From a virus (lineage: Duplodnaviria; Heunggongvirae; Uroviricota; Caudoviricetes): a stretch of 46,294 nucleotides of DNA. This document shows positions 28,201 to 39,400 of this stretch, one piece after another. Both the position numbers and the translations under genes were made by a program. The notes under the pieces are model-generated. The model worked only from the letters and a program-made list of their open reading frames with translations. It searched no databases and had not been told where the DNA came from. Numbering within the stretch: position 1 is the first letter of the stretch; each line of letters starts with the position of its first letter. The stretch lies in IMG/VR virus record IMGVR_UViG_3300031555_010707, one strand, 5' to 3'.

Positions 28201-29942
28201 CCATTGCCGATGCTCAGCAGACTGCGGATAACGCCGTTGATTTTGCTAATCGCATCTATAATGGCGAAACGGGTATTTACTTCACAAGCTCAAATGTTTC
28301 ATCTCTTACGCTCAATAGCACAGTTGGTCTAAAGATTGTCGGCAAAGACAATACATACTTCCAAGTCATGAATACTGCTATGGGATTCTTCAAAGCAGAC
28401 GGATCGCCTATGCTCTACTACGAAAACGGCAACCTTACGCTGAACGGAATCATTGCTGCCACCGGAGGATATATCGGAGGCTCAGGCGGATGGATCATTG
28501 GCACAAACTGTATGTATAACGGAGGAGCAAATACCCTCGGTGCATCTGGCGGCATATATCTTGGCACAAGCGGCATAAGTGTTGGTTCAGCAATTACAAT
28601 GCAACCAAATGGTTCATTTGTAATCCGAGGTGATAATACTACAAGTGATGATTCGAACTATGTATTAAAGATTGTTCCGTATCAAAATGACCATGGAGAG
28701 ACAATCTATCAACTGTGCCTTGGCAATATTACTTTTGATGGTTCGTTTGTTTTGCCGCAAGAAAATGGCGGCACTGGCGGCACCGGCAGAGAAGATGTTG
28801 GACAATCAATTGGTATATACCGCGTTACTTCAACAACCGAAATGCAGAATTTGCAGAATTCGGTTAATGGCGACTTGTGCATCTTGAATTCAGAGGGCGC
28901 AGAAGGCGTATCAATCAGCGGCTCATATACTACATCAACAACCACAAGCCCCGGCTACTTGGCTATTGGCACATACAATGCGACAGGACACAGATATACC
29001 AACTACTTTGATATTTCGGGCATTGCATACTGGAATATCGCTAATCTATCTGGTGAAAATGTTTCATCAACATATGCTCGCGTTGGTGTTGGACATACCG
29101 TTAGTGGTGCGGCAGGTCTGTTTGTGCCACTCAAAATATCGGCAACCGGAGCAGTTACGTCCATTACCGTAACATTTAAGTTTGCAACAAGACCCGCAAA
29201 TTGTACACGCGACCTATGTTCAGAGTGGAAAAATGGCATTCATATTTCTCTTTATAAAGGTAATTCCGATTCCAAAGTTGCAACAACAACGTATATGATG
29301 CCAGACTCATGGAAAACCAGATCATCAACGCTCCGTACTGCGACTGTAACTTTGAATAGCTCGTCTGGTATAACTGCTGGCGAATACTATTTGGCATTCT
29401 ATACCAATAGCACATATTCTCTGATGTGGATTCAGCCAGCCAGCGTTGGCATTGCTGGCAAAAGCATCGGCACGTTGGATGGATTGTATTTGCGCAGTGG
29501 TAACATGTGGAAATCCATTGCAAGTAGCGCGAATTATGGCATTACTTATGTATTGCCGGCAGCAAGCACTTCTGCACTCGGCGGTGTAAAAATCGGTAGT
29601 AATATCAATTTGAGCGCAGATGGCACGATTAGTTTGTCGCAGAGTAACATCATATCAGCTCTTGGGTACACGCCAGCGAGCTCCAATGGAAGTAGTGTGT
29701 CGATTTCAAACAGGCTAACTGCCGGAACTCGCATCGCTACGATAACGGTAAATGGCGTAGCCTATGACTTGTATGCACCTACCAGCTCTGGAGAAGCTAC
29801 GGTTACTTATCCTATTGCCGTTAATAGCGGTGGTACGGGTGCAACGACTGCAAAACAAGCTGTGATTAACCTTGGCATCTTCTATTCGCCCTCATTGCCT
29901 TCCACGGGCACAGATGGGCAGATTTGTCTTGTTCCAGTATGA
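25233..29942 (+). CDS. Tail tip/hub (Tal-like) protein fused to fibre-like segments
   Basis: 1569 aa; N-terminal minor-tail-like domain, coiled coil, repeated (G)DLWIDT/DIWYNT modules, fibre-type motifs LPAASTSALGGVKIG and GGTGAT. Confidence 0.6.
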   Translation: MVVKFSNIDFSERPILILKNASDTPLGVLGYAKNVSVDLKYNETSSIEFEVPEFVDGEATPYYNDIAGMRTLELQGIGQFTLVSPSENGDGVQRKKVCKGYSLEYEFVYKKISLPESTYKFWDELNPQNTLLGMIMELMPSWSIGSVSMTLQNKYRTFEVNNENLYNLIKGTVQKSYNCIFDFDTMTRRVYVRDASETPVDKPVFLSLDNLVKEIEITENTEDIFTRLDVNGAEGVTIRDVSPSGTNRIINLDYYMTEDNFSPALIAKYYEWKRLYDENRQPYYTRSVQYAIKTAQKVTELAKLTDLQGEMTSLENLQAVAIEGIAQGLKTQADLNEANANIAAKQIEIDAKQAEIDALQAELEAIHLQLKAITEACNFEKYFTAAEYKLLDRYIKDGEITEASFVVAEVASYENAGNGRSVGSISVSFSGCEIVQIDGVNGSKIYDIKGGNITIADDLSANVVSAIIDRQSNGSFVATAYLSSGTIAGNTFPSACVSLTGDGGSITAGADSATVNLTNGYRYFTLDASEYEKRSVAWELYEYGEEVLNKLSVPSYSFNVTSANFLTLDEFVTFKNELTLGEKIYIDMGERGVLRPIAIGVRLSFDDPESMDLLFSDSYASGDSTFRLIDLLEQSISMGKNVEMSKFIYSSFVDSGASTGLRDFMTSALDVAKNAIMSSTNQAISWDGAGLRLRKWTNDSHTAYEPEQIWMNNNSIVMTDDNWATAEMAIGKFHDENLGDCWGIVAPRIVGTLLAGGTLVIESAKRDGDTALFRVDGDGCYIYNSDISVCGDQTHIVLNPDIGFVIGAYPVYSINEETGVKTLIEENAKFWADTNGNLNLTGNITATSLIIKDGDTNKPVDEYVGDRVDPVRESLEDLIDTVDGETVIHYSTSAPTNPDNKDIWYNTSSHKIWRYDSDAKAWEDITDTSLGISLKKISDAQATADGKIITFAQPNQPTAAAIGDLWIDTDDKNKLYRWNGTKWEEYRDKTIADAQQTADNAVDFANRIYNGETGIYFTSSNVSSLTLNSTVGLKIVGKDNTYFQVMNTAMGFFKADGSPMLYYENGNLTLNGIIAATGGYIGGSGGWIIGTNCMYNGGANTLGASGGIYLGTSGISVGSAITMQPNGSFVIRGDNTTSDDSNYVLKIVPYQNDHGETIYQLCLGNITFDGSFVLPQENGGTGGTGREDVGQSIGIYRVTSTTEMQNLQNSVNGDLCILNSEGAEGVSISGSYTTSTTTSPGYLAIGTYNATGHRYTNYFDISGIAYWNIANLSGENVSSTYARVGVGHTVSGAAGLFVPLKISATGAVTSITVTFKFATRPANCTRDLCSEWKNGIHISLYKGNSDSKVATTTYMMPDSWKTRSSTLRTATVTLNSSSGITAGEYYLAFYTNSTYSLMWIQPASVGIAGKSIGTLDGLYLRSGNMWKSIASSANYGITYVLPAASTSALGGVKIGSNINLSADGTISLSQSNIISALGYTPASSNGSSVSISNRLTAGTRIATITVNGVAYDLYAPTSSGEATVTYPIAVNSGGTGATTAKQAVINLGIFYSPSLPSTGTDGQICLVPV

Positions 29943-29954
29943 GGAGGATAGCAA

Positions 29955-30599
29955 ATGAAAACTTATGCTGAAGCAGCAACCTCGCTGAAATATGCGAGAT
30001 ATGGATCATCCTCTTGGAGCACGGACGCTTGTCAAGGCGCGTATGAAAACACTTCATCATCAGGTAGCCGCGTAGGAGTAATGGTTTTTCCCAATTTAGG
30101 AGTTAATCTGAAAGGAAAGTCAATCAAACAGATTAACTTTGAGATTACATGTTCTGGTGCTGGTTCAGGTAGTTCGGATAAAGTGCTCACGTTCCACGCT
30201 GCAAATTATCAATACATGAATACTTCCATTGAAGGAAGTGAGCAAGTTGGTTCGACGCTGGGAACGCTAACAGGAAAATTTTACGACAATACCTCGACCC
30301 ATGTTTTGAGCACTTCAAGCAATAGTGCTTTTTTTAATGCATTAAAAGAGTACCTCTATAACGGCAATTGCACTCTTGTTATATACAACGGAGAACGATG
30401 CACGAGCGATACGCAAGAGTATTCGACGAACTATGCGCGTATCACTGCGATTTGGATTAGCGTATGGTACGAAGACGCTACCGTATGGTATTGCAATAAT
30501 GGTCAGTGGATTGAGTGTAGCGTTTATTACTGCAATGGCGGTCAATGGGTGCAAGTGGTTCCTTATTACAATAGTGGCGGAACATGGATAAAAACATAG
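29955..30599 (+). CDS. Minor tail/fibre-associated protein
   Basis: 214 aa, GAGGAGG RBS, S/T/Y-rich with C-terminal YYxxGGxW repeats. Confidence 0.45.
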   Translation: MKTYAEAATSLKYARYGSSSWSTDACQGAYENTSSSGSRVGVMVFPNLGVNLKGKSIKQINFEITCSGAGSGSSDKVLTFHAANYQYMNTSIEGSEQVGSTLGTLTGKFYDNTSTHVLSTSSNSAFFNALKEYLYNGNCTLVIYNGERCTSDTQEYSTNYARITAIWISVWYEDATVWYCNNGQWIECSVYYCNGGQWVQVVPYYNSGGTWIKT

Positions 30600-30618
30600 A
30601 ATAAAAGGAGAAGGCTAT

Positions 30619-30984
30619 ATGAAACAATATCAGATTAACAAGGCTTACAGCGCACTGGGCAGACTTGCGAACATGCAGCTGCCCGTGCGTGATTCTCGAA
30701 ATCTCTACATGCTTTCCAAGCAGCTGGACAATGCTTACAACTTTGAGCTGGAGCAGGAAAAGAAGCTGATTGAAAAGTATCACGGCGTACTGACGGGCGA
30801 TGGTGGAGTCACATTCCCCAATAGCGATGAGGCAAAAAAGTTTGGCGAAGAGCTTGCTGAACTGAATAATCTGGAGGTCGAAGTCGAATTTGACCCCGTG
30901 GTTATTTCCTGCGATGCAATGGAAGATCAGCGTATTTCTCCATTTGATGTTGCCTGTCTGGACGGTTTTGTCATGTTCGAGTAA
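30619..30984 (+). CDS. Hypothetical phage protein (DUF1617-like?)
   Basis: 121 aa, AAGGAG RBS. Confidence 0.45.
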   Translation: MKQYQINKAYSALGRLANMQLPVRDSRNLYMLSKQLDNAYNFELEQEKKLIEKYHGVLTGDGGVTFPNSDEAKKFGEELAELNNLEVEVEFDPVVISCDAMEDQRISPFDVACLDGFVMFE

Positions 30985-31010
30985 CAAGCCTGTACTAACG
31001 GAGGTGGCAC

Positions 31011-31814
31011 ATGGCTTTCTGGGGTAAGGCATTTGTGTTCAATGACTTTCCCTGCGAAGAATTTGGCCTGATGCTATACGACATCGGAAACGAAACGCAG
31101 GGCGAAGGAGCTTTTGCCAGCACTGTTTCCATCGTTGAAGAGGTTGTCGGCGCACGATGGAAGCCATGGTTCTATGGAGTTAGATATGAAAAGAAACTCC
31201 AGATGGACATTATCTTTGGTGTTGACGAAAGACGACTTGACAAAGAAAAGTATCTTGACAGATATGAAATCGATGAGATCGCTTCTTGGCTCACAGGCCA
31301 CGACAAATATCTTTGGCTTGAAATCGAGCAAGAAGATATGGAATATGTACGTTACCATTGCATGATTTCAGAGCTCTCTATTGTCAGCTATGGAAATATT
31401 CCTTGGGCAATGAAGGCTTCGGTTATCTGCGATAGCCCTTATGCTTACCTGTACCCGCAGGAGTTTACCTACGCGATAAATGGCACGCAGACGATTGAGT
31501 TTTTGAACGAGAGCAGTCACAATGGGTATTATATGCCTATTCTGGAAATCAAAATGAATGGCGGCGGATCAATCTCTATTACGAATGAAACGGATAAAGG
31601 TAGGACGTTCAGGCTGACAAACGTGCCTGCCGCTGCATCCGACATTCTCGTCAACAATGATACATGCGTTATTACCAATAACGCCGATCTGAATCTGTAT
31701 CCTTATTTCAATTTCAAGTTTTTCAGGCTTGTTCGAGGATACAACACTTTATCAATTACGGGAAATTGTACGCTTACCATTCGTTGCGAGTTCCCGATCA
31801 ATGCAGGAGGATGA
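31011..31814 (+). CDS. Distal tail (Dit)-like protein
   Basis: GGAGGT RBS; Dit-like features (WLTGHDKYLWLEI, CDSPYAY, C-terminal RLVRGYNTLSITG). Confidence 0.65.
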   Translation: MAFWGKAFVFNDFPCEEFGLMLYDIGNETQGEGAFASTVSIVEEVVGARWKPWFYGVRYEKKLQMDIIFGVDERRLDKEKYLDRYEIDEIASWLTGHDKYLWLEIEQEDMEYVRYHCMISELSIVSYGNIPWAMKASVICDSPYAYLYPQEFTYAINGTQTIEFLNESSHNGYYMPILEIKMNGGGSISITNETDKGRTFRLTNVPAAASDILVNNDTCVITNNADLNLYPYFNFKFFRLVRGYNTLSITGNCTLTIRCEFPINAGG

Positions 31815-31819
31815 TTTTT

Positions 31820-32209
31820 ATGGACAAGACTGAATTTCCTGCATACATACTCCCTGACATCGAGATGTACGGCGGCGATACTGTTCCATGGGTGGTTACT
31901 TTGATTCGTGATGATGGATCGAAGTATTCTCTGGACACGGCATCTGAATGTATTTGTACATTGACCTTTTCTCCTTTTAAGGTGACTACGGGACTTGGCG
32001 GACGCGCTAATCCCGTAACTCCTCTGCTTACTAAATCAGGAGCTATTGAGGAAGCCTTGGACGGCAGTGCGACGATTGTATTTGACTTTGCGACCCAAGA
32101 TACGATTGGACTTCGTGGAAAGTTCCTGTATCAAATTGAGGTTGCGCATGATACTGATTTGCGCATTGCTCAGGGACATGTATATATCAAGCAGAACACA
32201 AACAGATAA
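31820..32209 (+). CDS. Baseplate upper (BppU N-terminal-like) protein
   Basis: GGAGG RBS 9 nt before ATG 31820; Ig-like pattern GDTVPW...DT..LRGKFLYQIEV. Confidence 0.45.
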   Translation: MDKTEFPAYILPDIEMYGGDTVPWVVTLIRDDGSKYSLDTASECICTLTFSPFKVTTGLGGRANPVTPLLTKSGAIEEALDGSATIVFDFATQDTIGLRGKFLYQIEVAHDTDLRIAQGHVYIKQNTNR

Positions 32210-32221
32210 GGAGGAGCTTAA

Positions 32222-32629
32222 ATGAACAGTACGCATTGGCTCAACAAAATCATGGACACCATGTATACCAGCAATTCTGCTGAGTTTTATATTGGCTTGT
32301 CCAGCACGGCTCCCGCTAAAGATGGAACCGGCGTTACTGAACCTACGGGCGGAAACTATGCTCGTGTAAAAGTACCTGCTTTCACCACACCTGATAATGG
32401 CATGGTCAAGAATACATCTGCATTGGAATTCCCTCGCAGTACGGCTGTATGGTTTGAATCTACTGCAAAGGCAACCTACTGGGTTTTGTTCGATGGAGCT
32501 GGCACTGGTGCAAAAGTGCTGTCCAGCGGCAATCTGGATGAAGCCAAGACCATCGAAAGCAATACGGTAATTACGATTGCTGCTGAAACGCTGAGTATCA
32601 CGCTGACTGACTATAGCCCCAGTGCCTAA
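32222..32629 (+). CDS. Small tail structural protein
   Basis: 135 aa; YIGLSSTAP...EPTGGNYARV...N..ALEFP motif typical of phage tail-fibre-adjacent proteins. Confidence 0.55.
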   Translation: MNSTHWLNKIMDTMYTSNSAEFYIGLSSTAPAKDGTGVTEPTGGNYARVKVPAFTTPDNGMVKNTSALEFPRSTAVWFESTAKATYWVLFDGAGTGAKVLSSGNLDEAKTIESNTVITIAAETLSITLTDYSPSA

Positions 32630-32647
32630 TAGGGAGGTAGTCGGTTT

Positions 32648-33382
32648 ATGGCAAAGATATTTTTCCCATACATAGACCGGCCTAAAGAATTTCCGTTTCT
32701 GCTGGGTCGCCAGATCCGATTTCCTTTCATAGTAGAAGATTTGGTTTACTACTGGACTTTTACTACGGAAGGCATTACTCTCTATCTCCATTCCGAAGAC
32801 ATACCAGAACAGACGCCAATTCTCAAAGACATTCTGTTGGAGGATACGGGAATTACGTTCTATCTCGCCAATGGTTCCATTGGCACACAGACAACTTTGT
32901 CTGAGGTAGTGTATATAGAGTTTGAACAGGTCGGACATGGTATTCACACTCTCGGAAGGCTTGACCCGCTGACGCTTGGGGAGATCGATCCATTTACGTT
33001 GGGCGAAATTACCGACGTCAGTGCAAACTGGAAGGCGTTGCGAAATGCTATTGTGGCTGCCGTAAGCAATATCACTTCAAGGGGCGATAACCTGCAGATG
33101 TTGCTTGAAAGTGACTCAGTAGTAGCAACGGAGAAGGCCATTTTCACAGGAAAGCTATCTTCCTTCATTCATACGACTGGCTTACGCAAGCAACGTACTA
33201 TGACACTGGGAGAGCTTGACCCTCATATTCTCGAAGACATTGACGCAATGCTGATGACATTCAGAGTATTCGAAAATGTTCCTGCAAGCGTGGTCAAATC
33301 AGTATCTCTTACGGATCATAAAACTGGGCTTTTATCTCCGAGAATAGCAATTGAACTGACAACGACAACTGAAAACACCTAA
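32648..33382 (+). CDS. Hypothetical tail protein with TLGE(L/I)DP repeats
   Basis: 244 aa, GGGAGGT RBS, repeats at ~32948-33013 and ~33203-33245. Confidence 0.5.
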   Translation: MAKIFFPYIDRPKEFPFLLGRQIRFPFIVEDLVYYWTFTTEGITLYLHSEDIPEQTPILKDILLEDTGITFYLANGSIGTQTTLSEVVYIEFEQVGHGIHTLGRLDPLTLGEIDPFTLGEITDVSANWKALRNAIVAAVSNITSRGDNLQMLLESDSVVATEKAIFTGKLSSFIHTTGLRKQRTMTLGELDPHILEDIDAMLMTFRVFENVPASVVKSVSLTDHKTGLLSPRIAIELTTTTENT

Positions 33383-33383
33383 A

Positions 33384-33413
33384 AGGATGGGCGGTAATTG
33401 CACCGCCCTCCTT
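33384..33413 (+). terminator. Intrinsic terminator upstream of the DGR target gene
   Basis: GGA-t-GGGCGGT-aattgc-ACCGCCC-TCC followed by TTTT. Confidence 0.55.
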
Positions 33414-33441
33414 TTCATTTGAACGGGAGGATAAAAAATAA

Positions 33442-36400
33442 ATGACGAGTCTGACTACGAATCTCAAGTTGTTCCTGACTGGCGCTGACGAAGTAGGTAT
33501 GACCTTCCTTGAATGGCGCACAGCCATGAATGGCATCGGTAACAACTCCAATATGGAGCTTATTGATGCAGCCATTGGCAATTTGATGAAGAGCAATGAC
33601 AACAAGGCTGACGGTTTTAGTTTTAATCCTGAAACCGGCGTTCTCCAGCTGACCAGCGGTGGTAAAGCGCTGGCTGGAGCAAACACGTCTGTCACTATTA
33701 ACCTGAGCAAATATTATACCAAAGACGAAGTGGACGAAATTCTTGAAGAGCTTCAGTCCAATCTCGCGGACAATGAGGCTTTGCAGAATATTCAGTCTAC
33801 GGCTGTTGGCGATATTGATTGGGTGGAAGACAGCCGCACCATGACTCTGTACAACCTGAACGGCGAAATCAAGAAGGAGCTGACCATTGAGGGCGGCGGT
33901 GGAGGCACTGGCGGCGGTACTGCTCACAGTATCCGCATTATCAACGGTATGAGTTCCACCTCTATCACCTCTGCATCTTCATCTTCGACGATCCTGAAGG
34001 CTATGTTCTACGAGTATTACGGCAGTGATTCTACCGGTCAGTCTGGTACGCTGGATGTGGACTACAAGCTGTCTACCGAATCTGAGTGGATTTCTCTGAA
34101 GAAGGGACAAGTGGTCGTTCAGGGCGTTTCCTTCGACGTTGATGTTACTGACATCTTGACCGTCGGCAAAACTACCAATGTGCGTTTGACTGTGACTGGC
34201 GGCGAGTCTTCTCTGAGCAGAACGCTTACCTATAATGTCGCTTCTGTGGAAGCCAGCATTGCAGCTATTAACTTCAATGCCGCCGATGTCTACACCGGAA
34301 ACGTGAACTTCCAATATCGCTGCATGGGTCGCGGACTGCAGAAGACCGTGTACTTCTACATCGATGGAGAGCTTTACGCCTACGAGGATGTTGGCACCAG
34401 CCACAACGAAACCAAGACCAAGCTGATTGAAATGATGGGTAATTATCAGTATGGTGCTCACGATCTGGTTGTTTACTTCGAGACTCCGGACGGAGCTAAG
34501 TCCAATGAAGTAAGACTGCCCATCCTCTATAACGATGGAACCGGCACCGAGCCGATGATCGGCGCAATCTGCATGACGGATGAAGTAACGTATGGCGATA
34601 CTCTGAGCATCGACTATGTTGTGTTCACTCCCAATCAGGAAAGTACCGATACTCTGAATATCAAAGTCTACGCCATCGAAGAAGATGATAAGGTTTACTA
34701 CTTCTCCACCACTCTGTCCAATGTGCAGAATGGCGTAATCTATAACTGGCAGAGCGCCAATCTGCCTGAAGCTGGAATGGCTTATGTCGAGTTCTCCAGC
34801 GGCGATACTGTAAAGACCATTTCAGTGATCGTCAATGAAATTAAGACGGACTATGACATTGAGCCTATCTCTACCAACCTGGTGTACCAATTCACGCCAG
34901 AGGGCAAGAGCAACAACGACAGCAACAGAGCAACGTATGAGCATGAATACACGACCGTCAATGGCGTTACCACCAAGGTTAAGGGCGTAAATGAAGGTTT
35001 TAACTGGGTATCTGATGGCTACGTTGATGGAGAATGTCTCACGATGAGCGGTACTGCAAAGCACACCATCAAGCTCCCCATTTTCTCTGCCAGCTACACC
35101 GACGATGAAGATCAGACGGTTAATCTGGAAAGCTCTGCAAATGCTCAGGTAACAACCAACGGACGTACTCTGGAATTTGAATTCTCCGTGAGCAGCGTCA
35201 CCGACCAGAATGCTCCGATCATCAAGTGCATGAATAACGACCATGCAGGCTTTATTGTTACACCACAGGTCTGCTATCTGCTGGCCTCAAATGGCAATAA
35301 CGTGGCTCTGGATGACACGGGCTTCATCGAAAACGAAGAATCTATTCCTGCCGCCTACATCAAGGACGACAAGAGAATCCGACTGAGCTTCGTTATCGAA
35401 CCTCTGGACACCGTAAATAACCGCCAGTGCGTTAATATCTACATCAACGGCGAGTTCGCTAACTCCAAGCCCTATGACTCCGCAAACGTATATCGTTCTA
35501 CTGAGTTCATTACCTTTGGCAGCGACACTTGCATCATGAAGCTGTATGATGTCCGCATCTATAACCGTGGCCTGACTACGGATGAAATTCGCCAGAACTT
35601 CATGACTTCCCCTGTTTCCGTTCAGGACAAGATTGCCAGATTGGAAGACAACGATGTTATGAACGATGATGGCGACGACGTTGATTACGAGAAGGCAAAG
35701 TATAAGTACCCCTGTCTGCTGATTATCGGTGAGCTTTCTCCTTACAAGGGCGCAAAGAAAAAGTGCGGTGCTATCCTGACCAAGCCTGATGGAAACGGTG
35801 GTTATACTACCGAATTTGCTCTGCTTGACAAGGATCAGGACGGCAACTACGTTTGCGACACAAACGTACAGGGTACTTCCTCTCAGAAATTCATGCGTAA
35901 GAACTACAAGTTGGCAATGAAGAAACTTTCTTATCTGGAAGATGGAAGCATTGAGCTTGATGAAGACGGCGCATATGTCAGAAAGAAAGTAAAGTATTCC
36001 CTGAAGGGCAAGGACGAAGAGGGCAACGATCTGTCTATCGGCGAATCTACGCTGTGTTACAAGATCGACTACATGTCTACCGACCACGGAAACACCTTTA
36101 ATGCAAATCTGGCAGATGGACTCTTTGCTGATAAGACCATTTCTCAGCAGGAAGATCCTCGCGTACAGAATACCATTTGGGGCTTCCGTTGCTTGCTGTT
36201 CCGCACCGACGCAGAAACCTATCCGAATGGCGTTATTGAATTCGCTGGCGACGGTTGTTTGAATAACGACAAGGGTAACACTAAGACCTTCGGTCTGGAA
36301 TGTGACGGCGATGAAGGAAATCAGACCAAGCGTCAGAAGTGGGAATTCCTGAACAACACGAACGCCATTTGTTTCTTCAAGAGTGACCGCCTGATGAAGG

Positions 36401-39400
36401 TAAATGATCCAAATGCAACGATTCTAAACAAAGAGGTCGTTAATGCACTGGAGTCCTGTTATCCCGATCAGGGTGATCTGAAGGATGATTTCGGACAGGA
36501 GCCTAACTACGACTACATTCAGGTGCTGTTCACTTGGGTTTGCCAGCGTGCGAATTTCTGGAACGCTTCTACCGAAACGGCTGCTGTTCCCTTCACATAC
36601 AATGGCAATAACTATAACACCGAGCGCGAATATCGCAAAGCGATCTTCTTGAATGAGTTCACGAAGCATTTCAACATGGATCATGCCATGACCTATTATG
36701 TCTTCATGGAATTCGTTGCACTTTGTGATAACCGTGCCAAGAATATGTTCCTTCGCTGCGAAGATGTTACCGTTGAGAACCTTGTATTCACCGACAGTTC
36801 CGTGACTAAGCTGGCTGATATTATCAACAGCGAAACCGGCGAAGTCGATGCCGACAAGATTGACTGGGAAAACTCTACTTTCGCAATTTGGCTGACTGAC
36901 CTGTATGACCTTGATAGCTGCTTCGGAGCTGAGAACTCAGGTTATGTGCGCATCCCGTATTATGCCGATTGGAACTATACGCTGAATGGAGCTAATCAGT
37001 TCAATGGCTATGACAGCGTACTTTGGCTGATGGTCGAGGAAGCTCTGGCCGACAAGATCAAAGAAAAGGCTCAGAGTCTGGCGAGCCAAGAACTGCTGTG
37101 CTATGAATCACTGTATCAGGTTCATATCAAGGACAATGCTATGCTGGTTTGCCCGGCTATTGTAAACCGAGATATGGAATACAAATACTCCGATCCGTGG
37201 ACAGACGGTTACTACGATTATTCTGTCAGCACGAGTAACCCCACCTGGGTACAGACTCAGGCATACAAGTATTTGCAGCGCGGTAGCCGAACGGAACAGA
37301 AGGAATCCTTCATTTACCGCCGCAGCCATTTGCTGTACTCCAAGTATCAGTGCGACCAGTACAGAAACAACAATATCAACTTCCGCGCCGGTCAGGACGT
37401 TCAGCCTGAAAACTCTGCCATCACTATGAAGGCAACTCAGGCTATGTACTTTGGCGTGAAGTATGGCGATACTGGCAACAACATCAATGCAAGCGGCAAG
37501 GTTGCTGCAGGCGTGGCACAGACCATCACGAGCACCCAGCGCATCGGTCGAAGTGATACCGTCTATCTCTATGGCGGCACTGACCTGACCGACATTGGTG
37601 ACATCTCTGCATTCTATCCCTACGAAATCCAGCTTCAGAAGGCCACTAAGCTGAAGAATCTGAAGATTGGTTCGGATGCAGCTGGCTATCAGAATACTTC
37701 TCTCGCCGGTCTTGATCTGAGTGCCTGCACGTTGCTGGAGAGCATCAATCTGATGGGATGCGTCGGACTGGCGAATCCTATTGACTTCTCCAAGAACACT
37801 CTCATTCGAAAGATTCATGCAGGTAATAGTATTATTCCTTATCTGAAACTGCCTAACGGCGGCGTTCTGGAGGAATTGAAGGTTGGTGCTGTGAATAACC
37901 TGACGGTTCTGAACATGACCGGCCTGACTACATTTGCCTACGATTCCCTCGATAATCTGACGAGACTCCATGTTGAGAACACCCCGAATATTCCCGTGCT
38001 GGATATTCTGAAGACTCGCATGAATTATCTGACTGATGGTATTCGTCTGATCGGCATCGACGCAGACATTGGTGATGATACTTCTGTTCTGGAGATGCTT
38101 GTAAGCGATACCGCAAAGGGCAAGTATCTGGACAATAACGGTATTCTGTCTACGGACGCTACGAGATACCCACAGGTCACAGGTACGGTGCATTGCACTA
38201 CGATTGGCTCTCATCTGCTGGGTGAGATCCAGAGCATCTATCCGAATCTGACAATCGATTACGAAAACATCGTTACTCAGTACGAGGTCAAGTTTGTCAA
38301 CTACGATAACACCGTACTCGACACTCAATATGTCGTACTGGGCGGCTCTGCCGTTGATCCTGTAACGAGAGAAAACAACCCAATCGCTACACCTACCCGT
38401 CCTATGACGACCTCTACGATCTTCACCTTCAAGGGTTGGGATTCTACGTTTACCATGATTACTGGTGCCACCACTATCACGGCAACGTACAGTGAAACGA
38501 CTCGTGAGTACACTGTTCGTTGGTACAACGGAGATAATCTCGTGCAGACTAAGAAGGTACTGTACGGTGGCGAAGCGACTTATGACGGAGAAACTCCCAC
38601 GGACACGTCCATGGAGCAGTATCTGACTTACAGGCTGTTTGACGGCTGGGACAACAGCACTGCCTACATCACGGGCGATCTTGACGTTCATGCTAAGTAT
38701 ACTCAGGCCGCAGCACCAAAGGTTTCTTCTGGTAAGACCCTGGCAAATATGACTCCCGTTGAATTGTACGCCATGGTACAAACCGGCGTATTGGCACCCA
38801 ACGGTGGATACAACAGCATCTCAACCAACACCGACTACTATGGCATGATTGAAAGCGGAGACGAATTCGATATGACCTTTGGTCATGATGTCGATTTCGA
38901 CAATGTTGACAGCCAAGAAATTATTCCTCTGGATGAGCCGAGAACATTCACGGGCAACGCCGGAGACTACCTCGACACGGGCATCAAGCTGTTCGATGAG
39001 GACAAGTCTTTCGTTCTGGCCGTTGATTTCCAATTTGGCTCAACCACTGAGAACGGCGTACTGGTTGGTTGTTCCGTCAATGACAATGGATTCCGTCTGC
39101 TCTATTCGGGCGGCGGCAAAGTGAACTTCGGTGGCTCCCTCTCTCCCTCAGTATCCTCTACGCTGGATCGTGAGATGCTTATCATCCGCAAGCGCAAGGG
39201 AGATAACAATCTGTATGTGTATGCTTCCAATAAGAGTGGTTCCAATCAGGTGTACAGCCGTATTGTGCGCACTCTGGCAACGGAGCATAATTCCACGCTG
39301 GCCTTCGGTTGCGCATGGGATTCCAACGACCAGTACGCATCCAACCTGACCGCTGGTACAATCCATTGGGCAAAGATCTGGATGGACGATCTGGGCGATG

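Noticed and set aside
25233-33382. A second VR in other tail-fibre genes
   Set aside because: No second copy of the TGGTGGCTTCGTTCTCCG core was found by eye in the window; remote targets outside the window remain possible
5895-39033. Numerous long minus-strand ORFs (e.g. 5895-7226, 7919-9037, 22926-24173, 37108-38781)
   Set aside because: Antisense shadows of codon-biased + strand genes; no RBS or recognisable motifs
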